From the IMG/VR virus record IMGVR_UViG_3300026290_000001: a DNA stretch of 64,000 bases. The stretch is one strand, 5' to 3'. Origin of the DNA: a virus. Of the stretch, positions 1 through 9,568 are shown in pieces (positions within the stretch are counted from its first letter, which is position 1; every line of letters starts with the position of its first letter). The notes under the pieces are model-generated. The model was not told where the DNA came from. It searched no databases and saw nothing but the letters and a program-made list of their open reading frames with translations. Position numbers and translations under genes: made by a program.

Positions 1-29
1 AAATTGCTATTTATGATATTTTAAAAGAA

Positions 30-2282
30 TTGGATAGTTATAAGTCTGATTGGGATTTAGATGTTGAGAAGGGGATACAGCAAGCAGAAAAAGAACAAGG
101 ATTTGAATTTTCTGATGAGCAAAAAAATATTATTAAAGAATCAGTAAAACATAATGTTGTTAGTATTTCAGGCAAGGCAGGTTGTGTTGATTGTGATACT
201 GAATATTTTAATGGAATTGAATGGATTAAAATATCAAAATATAAAAATAAAGATAAGGTATTACAATATAATAAAGATGGGAGTGCTGAATTAGTTACCC
301 CCTTAGAATATCATAAGTATCCGGCAGAATATTTATGGCACTTTGAAACAAAGTATGGATTAGATCAATGTTTATCAGATGAACATAATGTATATTACAT
401 AACTTCAAAAAATAATTTATATCACAAAACATTTAAGGAAGTTAGAGAAAATCATAATACAACTGGATTTAAAGGTAGATTTATTACTACTTTTAATTAT
501 GAAGGTAAGGGATTACCTTATAATGAATGGGAAATAAGATTAAAAGTAGCAATAAAGGCAGATGGTAGTTTTTATAGTTCAAATCCTTATACTTGTTATA
601 TTAATGTTAAAAAACAAAGAAAAAAAGATAGAATTGAATACTTGTTAGATAAAAATAATATAAATTATGAAATAATGAAAAGTGGGGAAGGATATAATAG
701 ATATAAGTTTACATATTTAGATAACGAAAAAACATACACTAATGAATGGTATAATTGTAATAAGGAACAATTTAAAATCATTTTTGATGAAATATTTTAT
801 TGGGATGGAAATTTTAATGATAGAGATCAATATTATACTTCATTAAAATCGGATGCAAATTTTATTCAATTTGTAGGAACAACATTAGGTTATAAATCAA
901 CTATTCAAATTCAAAACAGATTAAATAGAAAATATAAAACTGCTGGAAAAGAATATACTAGAAAATCAATTGGTTATATAGTTGTTTTTACAAAAAGAAA
1001 TTTAATAGGTTTATGTTCAGACTCAAGAGAGGATCATACAAAAACCCCAATTATTCAATATAAAACATTAGATGGTTTTAAATATTGTTTTACCGTTCCT
1101 TCAGGTATGTTAGTTTTACGTAGAAATAATAAAATATTTATTACCGGGAATTCAGGTAAAACCACTATTTCTAGAGCATTACTAACAATATATAAAAATG
1201 CAAATAAAACAATAGGAACCTGTGCACTTTCTGCCAAAGCTGCACAACGTATCACTGAAGCAACTGGTTTTCAAGCATCTACTATTCACCGTTTATTAGG
1301 AGCAAAAGGATTAAATGAATTTACTTTTAATTATGAAAATCCATTACCTTATGATGTGATTTTAGCAGATGAATGTAGTATGAATAATGCAAGAATTTTT
1401 TATGATTTGATCTCAGCAATTAAACCAGGATCGAAATTAATCATGTCTGGTGATTGTCGGCAGTTACCTCCTATTGGTTTTGGGAACATTTTTAGTGACG
1501 TTCTTGAATTAAAAGAGCAATTTAATATTTATGAACTTACTAAAGTACATAGGCAAGCAGAAAAATCAGGAATATTAACCGATGCTAATCTAATTAGAGA
1601 GGGTATTAATCCTATTCAACAACCTGAATTTAAAATTGTTAGTGGTGAATTGCAAGACATGTACTACATGTTTAGAGATAATAAACAAGCATTAAATGAT
1701 ATTGCAATTAAAATGTATTTAAAATCAATTGAAGAAGATGGGTTGGATGATGTTATAATTATTACTCCAAGAAAAAAAGATTGTATTAATAGTACTATTG
1801 AAATTAATAGAATAATTCAAGATAAATTAATTAGTGACAATAAACCATTTTTAAAAAAGGGTAATTTAAAATTTAAACTTGGTGCAAAGGTAATTCAAAG
1901 AGTAAATAATTATGATAAGAATATTTTTAATGGTGAAATAGGATATATTGTTGATATTTTTAAGGCAAAACCTACAGATGAATATGACAATATGTTTACA
2001 GTACAATATCCTAGTAAAACCATTACCTATTCAAAGAACGAATTGGATCAGATTGATTTAGCATATGCCCTTACGATCCATCTCGCACAGGGTAGCGGAT
2101 ATAAAACTACAATAGTTATTATTGATAATTCTCATTATATTTTACTTGATAGTTGTTTACTTTATACAGGTATTACTAGAGCGAAACAAAGGTGCTTATT
2201 ATTGGCTGAACCTTCAGCATTTAAAAAATGTATTGTTAATAATAAAAGTATTGAAAGGCAAACATGGTTTAAAGAATTTTAA
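30..2282 (+). CDS. RecD-like superfamily I DNA helicase, interrupted by an in-frame intein
   Basis: Walker B-like DECSM, motif SGDCRQLPP, C-terminal motif LAYALTIHLAQGSGY typical of RecD/TraA-like helicases; the Walker A P-loop is split as GKAG / SGKTT by a 323-codon insertion. Confidence 0.75.
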   Translation: MDSYKSDWDLDVEKGIQQAEKEQGFEFSDEQKNIIKESVKHNVVSISGKAGCVDCDTEYFNGIEWIKISKYKNKDKVLQYNKDGSAELVTPLEYHKYPAEYLWHFETKYGLDQCLSDEHNVYYITSKNNLYHKTFKEVRENHNTTGFKGRFITTFNYEGKGLPYNEWEIRLKVAIKADGSFYSSNPYTCYINVKKQRKKDRIEYLLDKNNINYEIMKSGEGYNRYKFTYLDNEKTYTNEWYNCNKEQFKIIFDEIFYWDGNFNDRDQYYTSLKSDANFIQFVGTTLGYKSTIQIQNRLNRKYKTAGKEYTRKSIGYIVVFTKRNLIGLCSDSREDHTKTPIIQYKTLDGFKYCFTVPSGMLVLRRNNKIFITGNSGKTTISRALLTIYKNANKTIGTCALSAKAAQRITEATGFQASTIHRLLGAKGLNEFTFNYENPLPYDVILADECSMNNARIFYDLISAIKPGSKLIMSGDCRQLPPIGFGNIFSDVLELKEQFNIYELTKVHRQAEKSGILTDANLIREGINPIQQPEFKIVSGELQDMYYMFRDNKQALNDIAIKMYLKSIEEDGLDDVIIITPRKKDCINSTIEINRIIQDKLISDNKPFLKKGNLKFKLGAKVIQRVNNYDKNIFNGEIGYIVDIFKAKPTDEYDNMFTVQYPSKTITYSKNELDQIDLAYALTIHLAQGSGYKTTIVIIDNSHYILLDSCLLYTGITRAKQRCLLLAEPSAFKKCIVNNKSIERQTWFKEF
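183..1151 (+). mobile_element. Intein with LAGLIDADG-type homing endonuclease domain, inserted in the helicase P-loop
   Basis: Begins with Cys (CVDCDTEY, intein block A-like) directly after GKAG; ends ...FITGN followed by extein Ser (SGKTT); internal LKVAIKADGSF and IFYWDGNF LAGLIDADG-like motifs; removal restores GKAGSGKTT. Confidence 0.7.
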
Positions 2283-2304
2283 TCAAAAACATAATATAAA
2301 TATA

Positions 2305-2333
2305 TTGACAAACAACAACATAAATAATATACT
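2305..2333 (+). promoter_or_regulatory. Sigma-70-like promoter (TTGACA - 17 bp - TATACT)
   Basis: Consensus -35 TTGACA at 2305-2310 and -10 TATACT at 2328-2333 with 17-bp spacer, upstream of the 2393 ORF and the sigma-like gene. Confidence 0.5.
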
Positions 2334-2392
2334 ATTACTAAGGAGCGAGGCACAGAAAAACAGAATTTTGGATTGATGAGACTATAAATATT

Positions 2393-2578
2393 TTGTCAAC
2401 TAGGGAATTATCTTTAAAAGATTTTGGTGGTATAGAAAGTGTTTGTATAGGAGATTCTGGATATCCACTTTGTACAATTACTTTTAAAAACGGTATAGAA
2501 ATATATGCGGAAAATCAATCTCCACTTTGGGCAGTAGAAGAGAATGATAAAATATTAGATAGTTTAAACCAAAGGTAA
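2393..2578 (+). CDS. hypothetical protein
   Basis: ORF downstream of the predicted promoter, co-oriented with the module. Confidence 0.35.
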   Translation: MSTRELSLKDFGGIESVCIGDSGYPLCTITFKNGIEIYAENQSPLWAVEENDKILDSLNQR

Positions 2579-2619
2579 ATTTCGTTCAAACTTAAAAAGA
2601 AAGGAGGATAAATTTAAAA

Positions 2620-3219
2620 ATGCCAGCACAAATACCAGACACAGAATACATGCTAGACGATTCAAAGAGACAAATTCTAGAAAACAATATAGATTTTATT
2701 CACTATATAACTAACAAACTTTTAAATACCCACGATATATCCAGGGATCAATATGATGATATTTTTCAAGATTGTACTATTGACTTTATCAAATGTTTAA
2801 AAGAATTTGACAAATCTAAGTCTAAAATCACTACTTATACAGGTAAAAAAATGATATCCGAACACAATAGAAGAATGGATAGATACTACAAAAAGAAAAA
2901 TGTTTTAGGCGAATATTTCTTTGATGACATTATCAATAGTGATTCCGAAGATACATTAGAAGTACTTAATGTTTTATCTGCTACATATGATTTTGAAGAC
3001 AATATAATTCATAATATTTTTATTCAAGATATATTAAATCAGTTAGAAAATAAATTTTCATCAAGAAATTTAGAAATTTTTAATTTACATATGAACGGAA
3101 TAAAGCAAACCAAAATAGCAAAGATGTATAATATTACTAGTCAAAGAGTAGGGCAAATTATTAGTAAATTTAGAGAAGAGGCACAAAAGTTAATGATAGA
3201 AAATGGGATATATCAATAG
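2620..3219 (+). CDS. sigma-70 family-like transcription factor (region 4 HTH)
   Basis: C-terminal segment QTKIAKMYNITSQRVGQIISKFREE resembles sigma region 4.2 helix-turn-helix; strong RBS AAAGGAGG upstream. Confidence 0.45.
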   Translation: MPAQIPDTEYMLDDSKRQILENNIDFIHYITNKLLNTHDISRDQYDDIFQDCTIDFIKCLKEFDKSKSKITTYTGKKMISEHNRRMDRYYKKKNVLGEYFFDDIINSDSEDTLEVLNVLSATYDFEDNIIHNIFIQDILNQLENKFSSRNLEIFNLHMNGIKQTKIAKMYNITSQRVGQIISKFREEAQKLMIENGIYQ

Positions 3220-3343
3220 GAGGCAATATAAATGATTTGTAGATTTAAAATATGGTTTAATACTAAAGTTTTAAAAAGAAATGGGAATAAAAATAAAGTA
3301 GTTAAAATCACTAATATTAAATATTATTAAGGAGAATTGAATT

Positions 3344-3688
3344 ATGAAAATTATAAACAATCCTTTTGATACTATAATTCAAGCAGTAGAAGAATTATAT
3401 CCTAATACACATGCACTTATTCAGTTTAATCCAGAATTAAGAGGCAGAGATTATGGAGAATGTGGATGCACCACCTTCCCTACTAACCCAGACGAAGAAA
3501 TATTAATAGACATATCTACTAACATCCCTTTTATTCACATGCCTGAGATTCTTGCACATGAATTAGCACATGTAGTAGTTGGCACAAATGAAGAAAATGA
3601 TCATGGTGATAAATGGCAGGAAGTGTTTGATGCTATTCATGTAAAATATGAAGAGTTAGTAGATTTTGCTGAGAAAGAATATTCGTAA
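3344..3688 (+). CDS. small HExxH zinc-metallopeptidase-like protein
   Basis: HELAHVVVG motif; RBS AAGGAG upstream. Confidence 0.35.
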   Translation: MKIINNPFDTIIQAVEELYPNTHALIQFNPELRGRDYGECGCTTFPTNPDEEILIDISTNIPFIHMPEILAHELAHVVVGTNEENDHGDKWQEVFDAIHVKYEELVDFAEKEYS

Positions 3689-3865
3689 AGGAGGTTAACC
3701 CCATCAAACACATACAAGATATTAGAAAGTTAATCCCAACGGGAAATACATTTTTAAAAACTTACACAAAGCATTATTTAATGTGTCAAATATTAAGTAG
3801 TTTATTATTAATAATTATTACAATTTGTATTGCGGTTTATATTATAAATATAAAAGGAGGGTAAA

Positions 3866-4153
3866 ATGAAAAAAATTTACCGTAATTTTGAATTAGATGC
3901 ACATAAAGAAAAATCTTTAGCAGGTTATCTATTATTATACTTTGCCATTTATGATAAAGACGGTTATGAATGGGTTTGTGGTTTTGAAGATTCTGTTGAA
4001 AAAGTAATTGATAAAATTGACGATCTTGAAGAATGGGTGGATGAATTTTATGAAAATATTAAAAACAAAATTTGCTCAGATTGTTATGAAGAATTAAATG
4101 ATATGTTGTATTGTAAGTTTTGTGATTTAGATTATAATAAATACATAAAATAA
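3866..4153 (+). CDS. hypothetical Cys-rich protein
   Basis: ORF with RBS AAAGGAGGG; CxxC ... CxxC pairs. Confidence 0.3.
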   Translation: MKKIYRNFELDAHKEKSLAGYLLLYFAIYDKDGYEWVCGFEDSVEKVIDKIDDLEEWVDEFYENIKNKICSDCYEELNDMLYCKFCDLDYNKYIK

Positions 4154-4171
4154 AAATAGGAGGGAAACAAA

Positions 4172-4381
4172 ATGTATAAAAATACTCGTACTGCCGAAGT
4201 ATTAGTTAATGGAGAGTGGATTCATATTGAACCAATTAACATTAAAAAGGGTATGGGGTTTAGAATGTTTGAGGAAGATGGGACTCCTGTAACTACAAAT
4301 GGAATTAATTCTTTTATAGCATCTAGTGATGCATTTATCAATAAACATGGTGTAGTTTGCATTAATACATACTCAATATAA
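4172..4381 (+). CDS. hypothetical protein
   Basis: ORF with RBS AGGAGGG. Confidence 0.3.
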   Translation: MYKNTRTAEVLVNGEWIHIEPINIKKGMGFRMFEEDGTPVTTNGINSFIASSDAFINKHGVVCINTYSI

Positions 4382-4422
4382 AAGTAACATTTGGTATTAA
4401 ATTATAAAGATATGGAGGCAAA

Positions 4423-4758
4423 ATGAACACATCTTATTTTGCAAAATACAAAGGAGAAAACGCGGTTTCAATAGCAGGTAAATGTCCAGACTGGTTTAAG
4501 GGTAGACAATATAAAAAACTTGCCCCAAAATATAATTGGTGGAAGAAATGGCATGATGAAAAATTAAGTGAAGAATGGTATATAGAGCAATATTACAAAA
4601 CAATATTAAATAAACTAGATGCTAAAAAAGTTTATGAAGAACTAGGTAAAAATGCAGTTTTACTTTGTTGGGAAAAATCGGGAAAGTTTTGTCATCGTCA
4701 TTTAGTTGCCGAATGGTTTAAAAAAGAATTAGGAATTGAAGTTGATGAATTAAAATAA
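4423..4758 (+). CDS. DUF488-like protein
   Basis: C-terminal LLCWEKSGKFCHRHLVAEW resembles the DUF488 conserved C...E...CHR motif. Confidence 0.35.
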   Translation: MNTSYFAKYKGENAVSIAGKCPDWFKGRQYKKLAPKYNWWKKWHDEKLSEEWYIEQYYKTILNKLDAKKVYEELGKNAVLLCWEKSGKFCHRHLVAEWFKKELGIEVDELK

Positions 4759-4790
4759 TTTTAAACAATAAAGTTTTAAAAGGAGGAATA

Positions 4791-5069
4791 ATGACAAAAC
4801 AATACTTTAAAATCATATCATTAAATAATACCAGAGCAATAGAATTAGAAAGATACGGAGATTTCAACGAAGAATATCATCAGAAATATATTGGTCAAAT
4901 AGGCTATATGATAGGTCACTCTATATCAGATAAAAGTATATTTAAAGATTTTAAATGTTTGATCACTAAAACAGATAATATGGGTAGGCCATTAGATGGT
5001 GATTGGTTCCATAAAGACGATTTGGAAAAAGTGAAAAGAAAGGAGGAAATATTAATATGGCAGAAATAA
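4791..5069 (+). CDS. hypothetical protein
   Basis: ORF with RBS AAGGAGG. Confidence 0.3.
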   Translation: MTKQYFKIISLNNTRAIELERYGDFNEEYHQKYIGQIGYMIGHSISDKSIFKDFKCLITKTDNMGRPLDGDWFHKDDLEKVKRKEEILIWQK

Positions 5070-5133
5070 TTGCCATAAACCATAAACATCTAATTAAAAC
5101 AATAAAATAAATATGGAGGTAATAAATTATTGA

Positions 5134-5373
5134 ATGGATGAAATAATAGAAATGCTAGAAGAAAGGCATACACCATTAGAAATAGTTGAAATTTTGTATG
5201 GTTTAGATAAGTTTGATATTGACAATTATGCTGTCGAGCATGATATATGCCCTGTATGTTTAGGAGAATTGGTTATGCGTAGGTATAAAGAACGTAGACC
5301 TGATTTTTGGGGATTCCCCGCTTATGAGGAAATGTGTGATTTAGTTTGTAGTAGATGTGGAGAGGTATTTTAA
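5134..5373 (+). CDS. zinc-ribbon protein
   Basis: CPVC ... CSRC Cys pairs. Confidence 0.3.
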   Translation: MDEIIEMLEERHTPLEIVEILYGLDKFDIDNYAVEHDICPVCLGELVMRRYKERRPDFWGFPAYEEMCDLVCSRCGEVF

Positions 5374-5391
5374 AGGAGGGATTATTACATA

Positions 5392-5592
5392 TTGAATATT
5401 ACATTGTATTCTACTGATTGCCCTAAATGTAAAATATTAAAACAAAGATTGGATGAAAAAAATATTAATTATGAAATATGTAAAGATGTAAATTTTATGT
5501 TATCTAAGGGGATTAAGTCTGTGCCAATGCTAGAAGTGAATGATGAAATGATGAATTTTGACAAAGCAATATTTTTTGTTAAGGAGATATAA
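5392..5592 (+). CDS. glutaredoxin/NrdH-like redoxin
   Basis: N-terminal CPKC redox motif in a 66-aa protein immediately upstream of nrdD. Confidence 0.5.
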   Translation: MNITLYSTDCPKCKILKQRLDEKNINYEICKDVNFMLSKGIKSVPMLEVNDEMMNFDKAIFFVKEI

Positions 5593-7347
5593 ATGGATAG
5601 TAAATCGATTATTGACGAATATATAAAGAAAACAGATTGGAGAGTAAATGAAAATTCAAATTCACCTTATAGTTTTGGTGGATTAAATAAACATATAATT
5701 GCTGAAATATCAAAAGATTATTGGCTAAGGAATGTTTATCCCAAAAGAATAACTAATACTTATCTTAATGGGAAAATGCATATTCATGATCTTGGAGGAA
5801 TGACGTTATATTGTTGCGGATATTCTCTTAAAGATATACTAATGATGGGTGTACAAGGAGTACCTAATATTCCTACTTCTGCCCCTGCTAAACATTTTGA
5901 TGCTGTACTTAATCAATTAAGTAATTTAGTTACTGTGTTTCAAAATGAAATTATGGGTGCAGTAGCTTTTAATTCTTTTGATACATTACTTGCACCATTT
6001 GTTAAAAAAGATAATTTAACTTTTAAAGAAGTTAAGCAAAGTATGCAAAATTTTATTTTTAGTATTAACTCTAATTCTAGAGGTGGTGCGGAACCTGCTT
6101 TTTCAAATATTACATTTGATCTCACACCACCAGATGATTTATTAAATGAAAATGCAATTATTGGTGGAGATTTTGTTGGTTTTACATATAAGGATTGTCA
6201 AAAAGAAATAGATATGATAAACAAAGCATTTTATGAATTAATGCTTAAAGGAGATGCTAAGAAACGTCCGTTTGCATACCCAATACCCACATATAATATC
6301 CATTCTCGTTTTGATTGGAATAATCCTAATAATGATTTGTTATGGGAAATGGCAGGTAAATATGGTTATCCATACTTTGCAAATTTTTTAAATAGTGATA
6401 TGAACCCAAGTGATATAAGAAGTATGTGTTGCAGACTTAGTATTAATTTAAAAGAATTATCAAGAAAAAATGGTGGGTTATTTGGTGCAGGAGATTCTAC
6501 TGGCTCTATTGGTGTAGTTACAATAAATCTGCCAAGAATAGCATATTTAAATAGTAGTAATAAAAAGAAGTTCTATAAAGATTTAGAACGCACTTTAAAT
6601 ATTGCCAAAGATAGTCTTGAAATTAAACGAAAATGGTTACAAGAAAATATTGTTGATAAAAATATGATTCCTGCCTTTTGTACATATGTAGGCACTTTAA
6701 AAAATCATTTTAGTACAATTGGTGTAGTTGGTATGAATGAAATGTGTGAAAATTTTTTTGGGAAAGATATTGATATATTAACTTCGCAAGGAAAAGAATT
6801 TGCAATTGAAGTTGGTAATTTTATTCGTAATAAACTTATACAATATCAAGAAGAAACTGGCAACCTTTATAATTTTGAGGCTACCCCTGCCGAGTCTACA
6901 TGTTATAGATTAGCAAAAAAAGATTGTGAAGAATTTGATGATATTATTATTAGAGGAACAAGAGAAGCACCTTATTATACAAATTCTTGTCATATGCCAG
7001 TTAATAAAGTTAAAAATATCCATCAAGTATTTGAACATCAAAATGATTTGCAAATTCTATTTACGGGTGGAACCGTAATTCATATATTTATGAATGGTGC
7101 TATTAGCGGACAACAAGCGAAAAGCATTATTAAAACAGTTTGCGAACAATATAAAGTTCCATATGTAAGTATTTCACCATTAAATAGATATTGTCCTAAT
7201 CATAATTATATCGAAGAAAAAGTTGATTATTGTCCTATATGTAATACGCCAGTTGAAATGTATCAAAGAATTACGGGTTATCTTAGGAGAGTTGAATTTT
7301 TTAATGATGGTAAAAAATCAGAATTCAGAGATAGAGTACAATTATAA
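5593..7347 (+). CDS. nrdD: anaerobic ribonucleoside-triphosphate reductase (class III)
   Basis: C-terminal glycyl-radical motif RITGYLRRV preceded by Cys-rich zinc ribbon CPNHNY...CPICN; size and gene order with nrdG. Confidence 0.8.
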   Translation: MDSKSIIDEYIKKTDWRVNENSNSPYSFGGLNKHIIAEISKDYWLRNVYPKRITNTYLNGKMHIHDLGGMTLYCCGYSLKDILMMGVQGVPNIPTSAPAKHFDAVLNQLSNLVTVFQNEIMGAVAFNSFDTLLAPFVKKDNLTFKEVKQSMQNFIFSINSNSRGGAEPAFSNITFDLTPPDDLLNENAIIGGDFVGFTYKDCQKEIDMINKAFYELMLKGDAKKRPFAYPIPTYNIHSRFDWNNPNNDLLWEMAGKYGYPYFANFLNSDMNPSDIRSMCCRLSINLKELSRKNGGLFGAGDSTGSIGVVTINLPRIAYLNSSNKKKFYKDLERTLNIAKDSLEIKRKWLQENIVDKNMIPAFCTYVGTLKNHFSTIGVVGMNEMCENFFGKDIDILTSQGKEFAIEVGNFIRNKLIQYQEETGNLYNFEATPAESTCYRLAKKDCEEFDDIIIRGTREAPYYTNSCHMPVNKVKNIHQVFEHQNDLQILFTGGTVIHIFMNGAISGQQAKSIIKTVCEQYKVPYVSISPLNRYCPNHNYIEEKVDYCPICNTPVEMYQRITGYLRRVEFFNDGKKSEFRDRVQL

Positions 7348-7349
7348 AT

Positions 7350-7802
7350 ATGGAAATTCTTATTAAAGGTATTTTTCATGAACGCACAGAAGATGCTCCT
7401 TTTATTGGGGCATTAATCTGTGCAAATAATTGTAAATTTAATTGCCCTAATTGCTATAATAAAGAATTAAAATTTTCACCTAGTTATTATATAAATGATA
7501 ATGAAATAATTCAAGAGGTAAAATCCAATCTATTTAATAAAGGTATTATTCTTGCAGGATTAGAATGGACTTTACAAGCAGAAGAAATGTTTAGGTTAAT
7601 TGAATTAGCATTAAATAATCAATTAGAAATTATTTTGTATACTGGAATGGATTATGATGTATTAATTAAAAAGTTTCCTGAGTTATTGAATTATCATATT
7701 TATATAAAAACAGGCAAGTATATAAAGGAATTATCAACAGATGATAATATTCAATTTGGAGTTAAATTAGCAAGTTCAAATCAAAAAATATATAAAATAT
7801 AG
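7350..7802 (+). CDS. nrdG: anaerobic RNR activating protein (radical SAM-like)
   Basis: Cys cluster CANNCKFNCPNC near N-terminus; directly downstream of nrdD. Confidence 0.6.
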   Translation: MEILIKGIFHERTEDAPFIGALICANNCKFNCPNCYNKELKFSPSYYINDNEIIQEVKSNLFNKGIILAGLEWTLQAEEMFRLIELALNNQLEIILYTGMDYDVLIKKFPELLNYHIYIKTGKYIKELSTDDNIQFGVKLASSNQKIYKI

Positions 7803-7987
7803 AAAGGAGGGAAATAACCATACCACAATTCATTCTCTGTAAAAAAACAACTTGTCCTAACCCGAACATGAAAATCATCCTTACAATGATTTTATAAATT
7901 TATGTGATGATAATGATGAGTATAGATATTTTGTGAAGATTCGTGAAACTGACAAAGTGATTAAATTAGATGTAAATAAAAAAGAAG

Positions 7988-8431
7988 ATGAGGAGAAAAT
8001 TGATGAATATTAAAATTAAATACTTTAATGACCAACTAGAAAAAATACAAAAAATATCTCAAGGAGATTGGATTGATTTACGTTCATCTATTAATTGTGA
8101 ATTAAAACAAGGAGAATTTAAATTAATACCACTAGGTGTTGCTATGGAATTACCAAAAAATCATGAAGCACATATTGTTCCTAGGTCAAGTACTTATAAA
8201 AATTTTGGAATTATTCAAACTAATCATAAAGGCGTAGTTGACGAATCTTATTCGGGCAATAACGATCAGTGGTTTATGCCTGTTATTGCCTTTAGAGATA
8301 CAAAGATAAATATGAATGACAGAATATGTCAATTCAGGATTGTAGAAAAAATGCCAGAAGTTAATTTTATTGAAGTTGAAGAATTAGGTAATAAAGATAG
8401 GGGAGGGCATGGAAGTACAGGTATTCAATAA
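7988..8431 (+). CDS. dut: dUTP diphosphatase (dUTPase)
   Basis: dUTPase motifs PRSS and [10 protein letters not shown]-terminal Gly-rich RGGHGSTG. Confidence 0.7.
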   Translation: MRRKLMNIKIKYFNDQLEKIQKISQGDWIDLRSSINCELKQGEFKLIPLGVAMELPKNHEAHIVPRSSTYKNFGIIQTNHKGVVDESYSGNNDQWFMPVIAFRDTKINMNDRICQFRIVEKMPEVNFIEVEELGNKDRGGHGSTGIQ

Positions 8432-8496
8432 ATATAGCAGAGGTTATCCCTCTGCTATCCCTTCAATAAACAATTTAATTCAAAGGAGGCAATTAT

Positions 8497-8691
8497 ATGA
8501 AATGTACCGATCCTAAATTATGCATCCACTATTTTGAATTTGATATTTCACCAACAAAAATAAAATCAGTTTGTATAAAACATGAATTTGATATTAATTT
8601 TCACAACATAAATCAAATAGAAAAATGCCAAGATCATAAAACATACGAGCAAGCTAGGGAAGAACGGAAAAACTACTTGAAAATTAATTAG
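8497..8691 (+). CDS. hypothetical protein
   Basis: ORF with RBS AAAGGAGG. Confidence 0.25.
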   Translation: MKCTDPKLCIHYFEFDISPTKIKSVCIKHEFDINFHNINQIEKCQDHKTYEQAREERKNYLKIN

Positions 8692-8742
8692 TTATGTATT
8701 AAAATAGTAATATAAAAATACATTAATTATTGGGAGGTATTT

Positions 8743-8982
8743 ATGGAATATACGAGCGTAAATAATATCGCAGACGCTACCCATTGGATATCATTGCCTG
8801 ATGCTGATAGTCCAGTCAGAGATTCAATTATTCCCCACAAAACATATAAATTACACAAAATAAAAGATGATATTGATTTTGAAGAATATTATATAATTGA
8901 TGAAAATAATAATTATGCTATGACATATATTTGTCATAAAGGAATGTTTGTAAAAGAAAGGATAATTAATGAAAATCCCTAA
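8743..8982 (+). CDS. hypothetical protein
   Basis: ORF with RBS GGGAGG. Confidence 0.25.
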   Translation: MEYTSVNNIADATHWISLPDADSPVRDSIIPHKTYKLHKIKDDIDFEEYYIIDENNNYAMTYICHKGMFVKERIINENP

Positions 8983-9274
8983 AACTATAAAAATTGGCTG
9001 GAGAATTTATGAAGTAAAATTTATTGATGAAGAAATTAGAGATAAGAATGGTGATTTACTAGATGGGCAAATCGACTTCAATAATCATATTATCTATATC
9101 GATAATGGCATGATATATGAAGATGAAAGAATAGTTACATTTTTACATGAAGTTGTGCATGGAATATTCCATAGTTACTGCAATTCAAAGTGGAATGATG
9201 ATGAAGATTTAGTGGAGTGTGTTGCAGAAGGGATATTCCAATTGATTAAAGATAATCCTAATTTATTTAAATGA
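8969..9274 (+). CDS. small HExxH metallopeptidase-like protein
   Basis: HEVVHGIFH motif. Confidence 0.3.
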   Translation: MKIPKTIKIGWRIYEVKFIDEEIRDKNGDLLDGQIDFNNHIIYIDNGMIYEDERIVTFLHEVVHGIFHSYCNSKWNDDEDLVECVAEGIFQLIKDNPNLFK

Positions 9275-9290
9275 GAAAGGAAATATAAAT

Positions 9291-9554
9291 ATGGATAATA
9301 TAATTAAACAAATACGTAAAATTATTGGAAATAATGATTCTAGTCATATACAAGTTAATATTGGTATTAATGAGATATGGTTTAATATCTATGAATCGGA
9401 AGTATTGATAACTATTGATACAAAAAAGAAAGAAATTTACGTTGACTGTGAATTATCAAACCATCATTTAACTAGCAGTATGTTATACGAATTATATATG
9501 ATTACTGAATTATTAGAAACTAAATGGGATGTGTTTGAGGAATTATTAAAATAG
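9291..9554 (+). CDS. hypothetical protein
   Basis: ORF co-oriented in module. Confidence 0.25.
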   Translation: MDNIIKQIRKIIGNNDSSHIQVNIGINEIWFNIYESEVLITIDTKKKEIYVDCELSNHHLTSSMLYELYMITELLETKWDVFEELLK

Positions 9555-9568
9555 AAAGGAAAGGTAAA

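Noticed and set aside
1055-1255. 66-aa - strand ORF inside the helicase/intein gene
   Set aside because: Antisense to a well-supported + strand gene; spurious.
5940-6125. 61-aa - strand ORF inside nrdD
   Set aside because: Antisense to a strongly supported gene; spurious.
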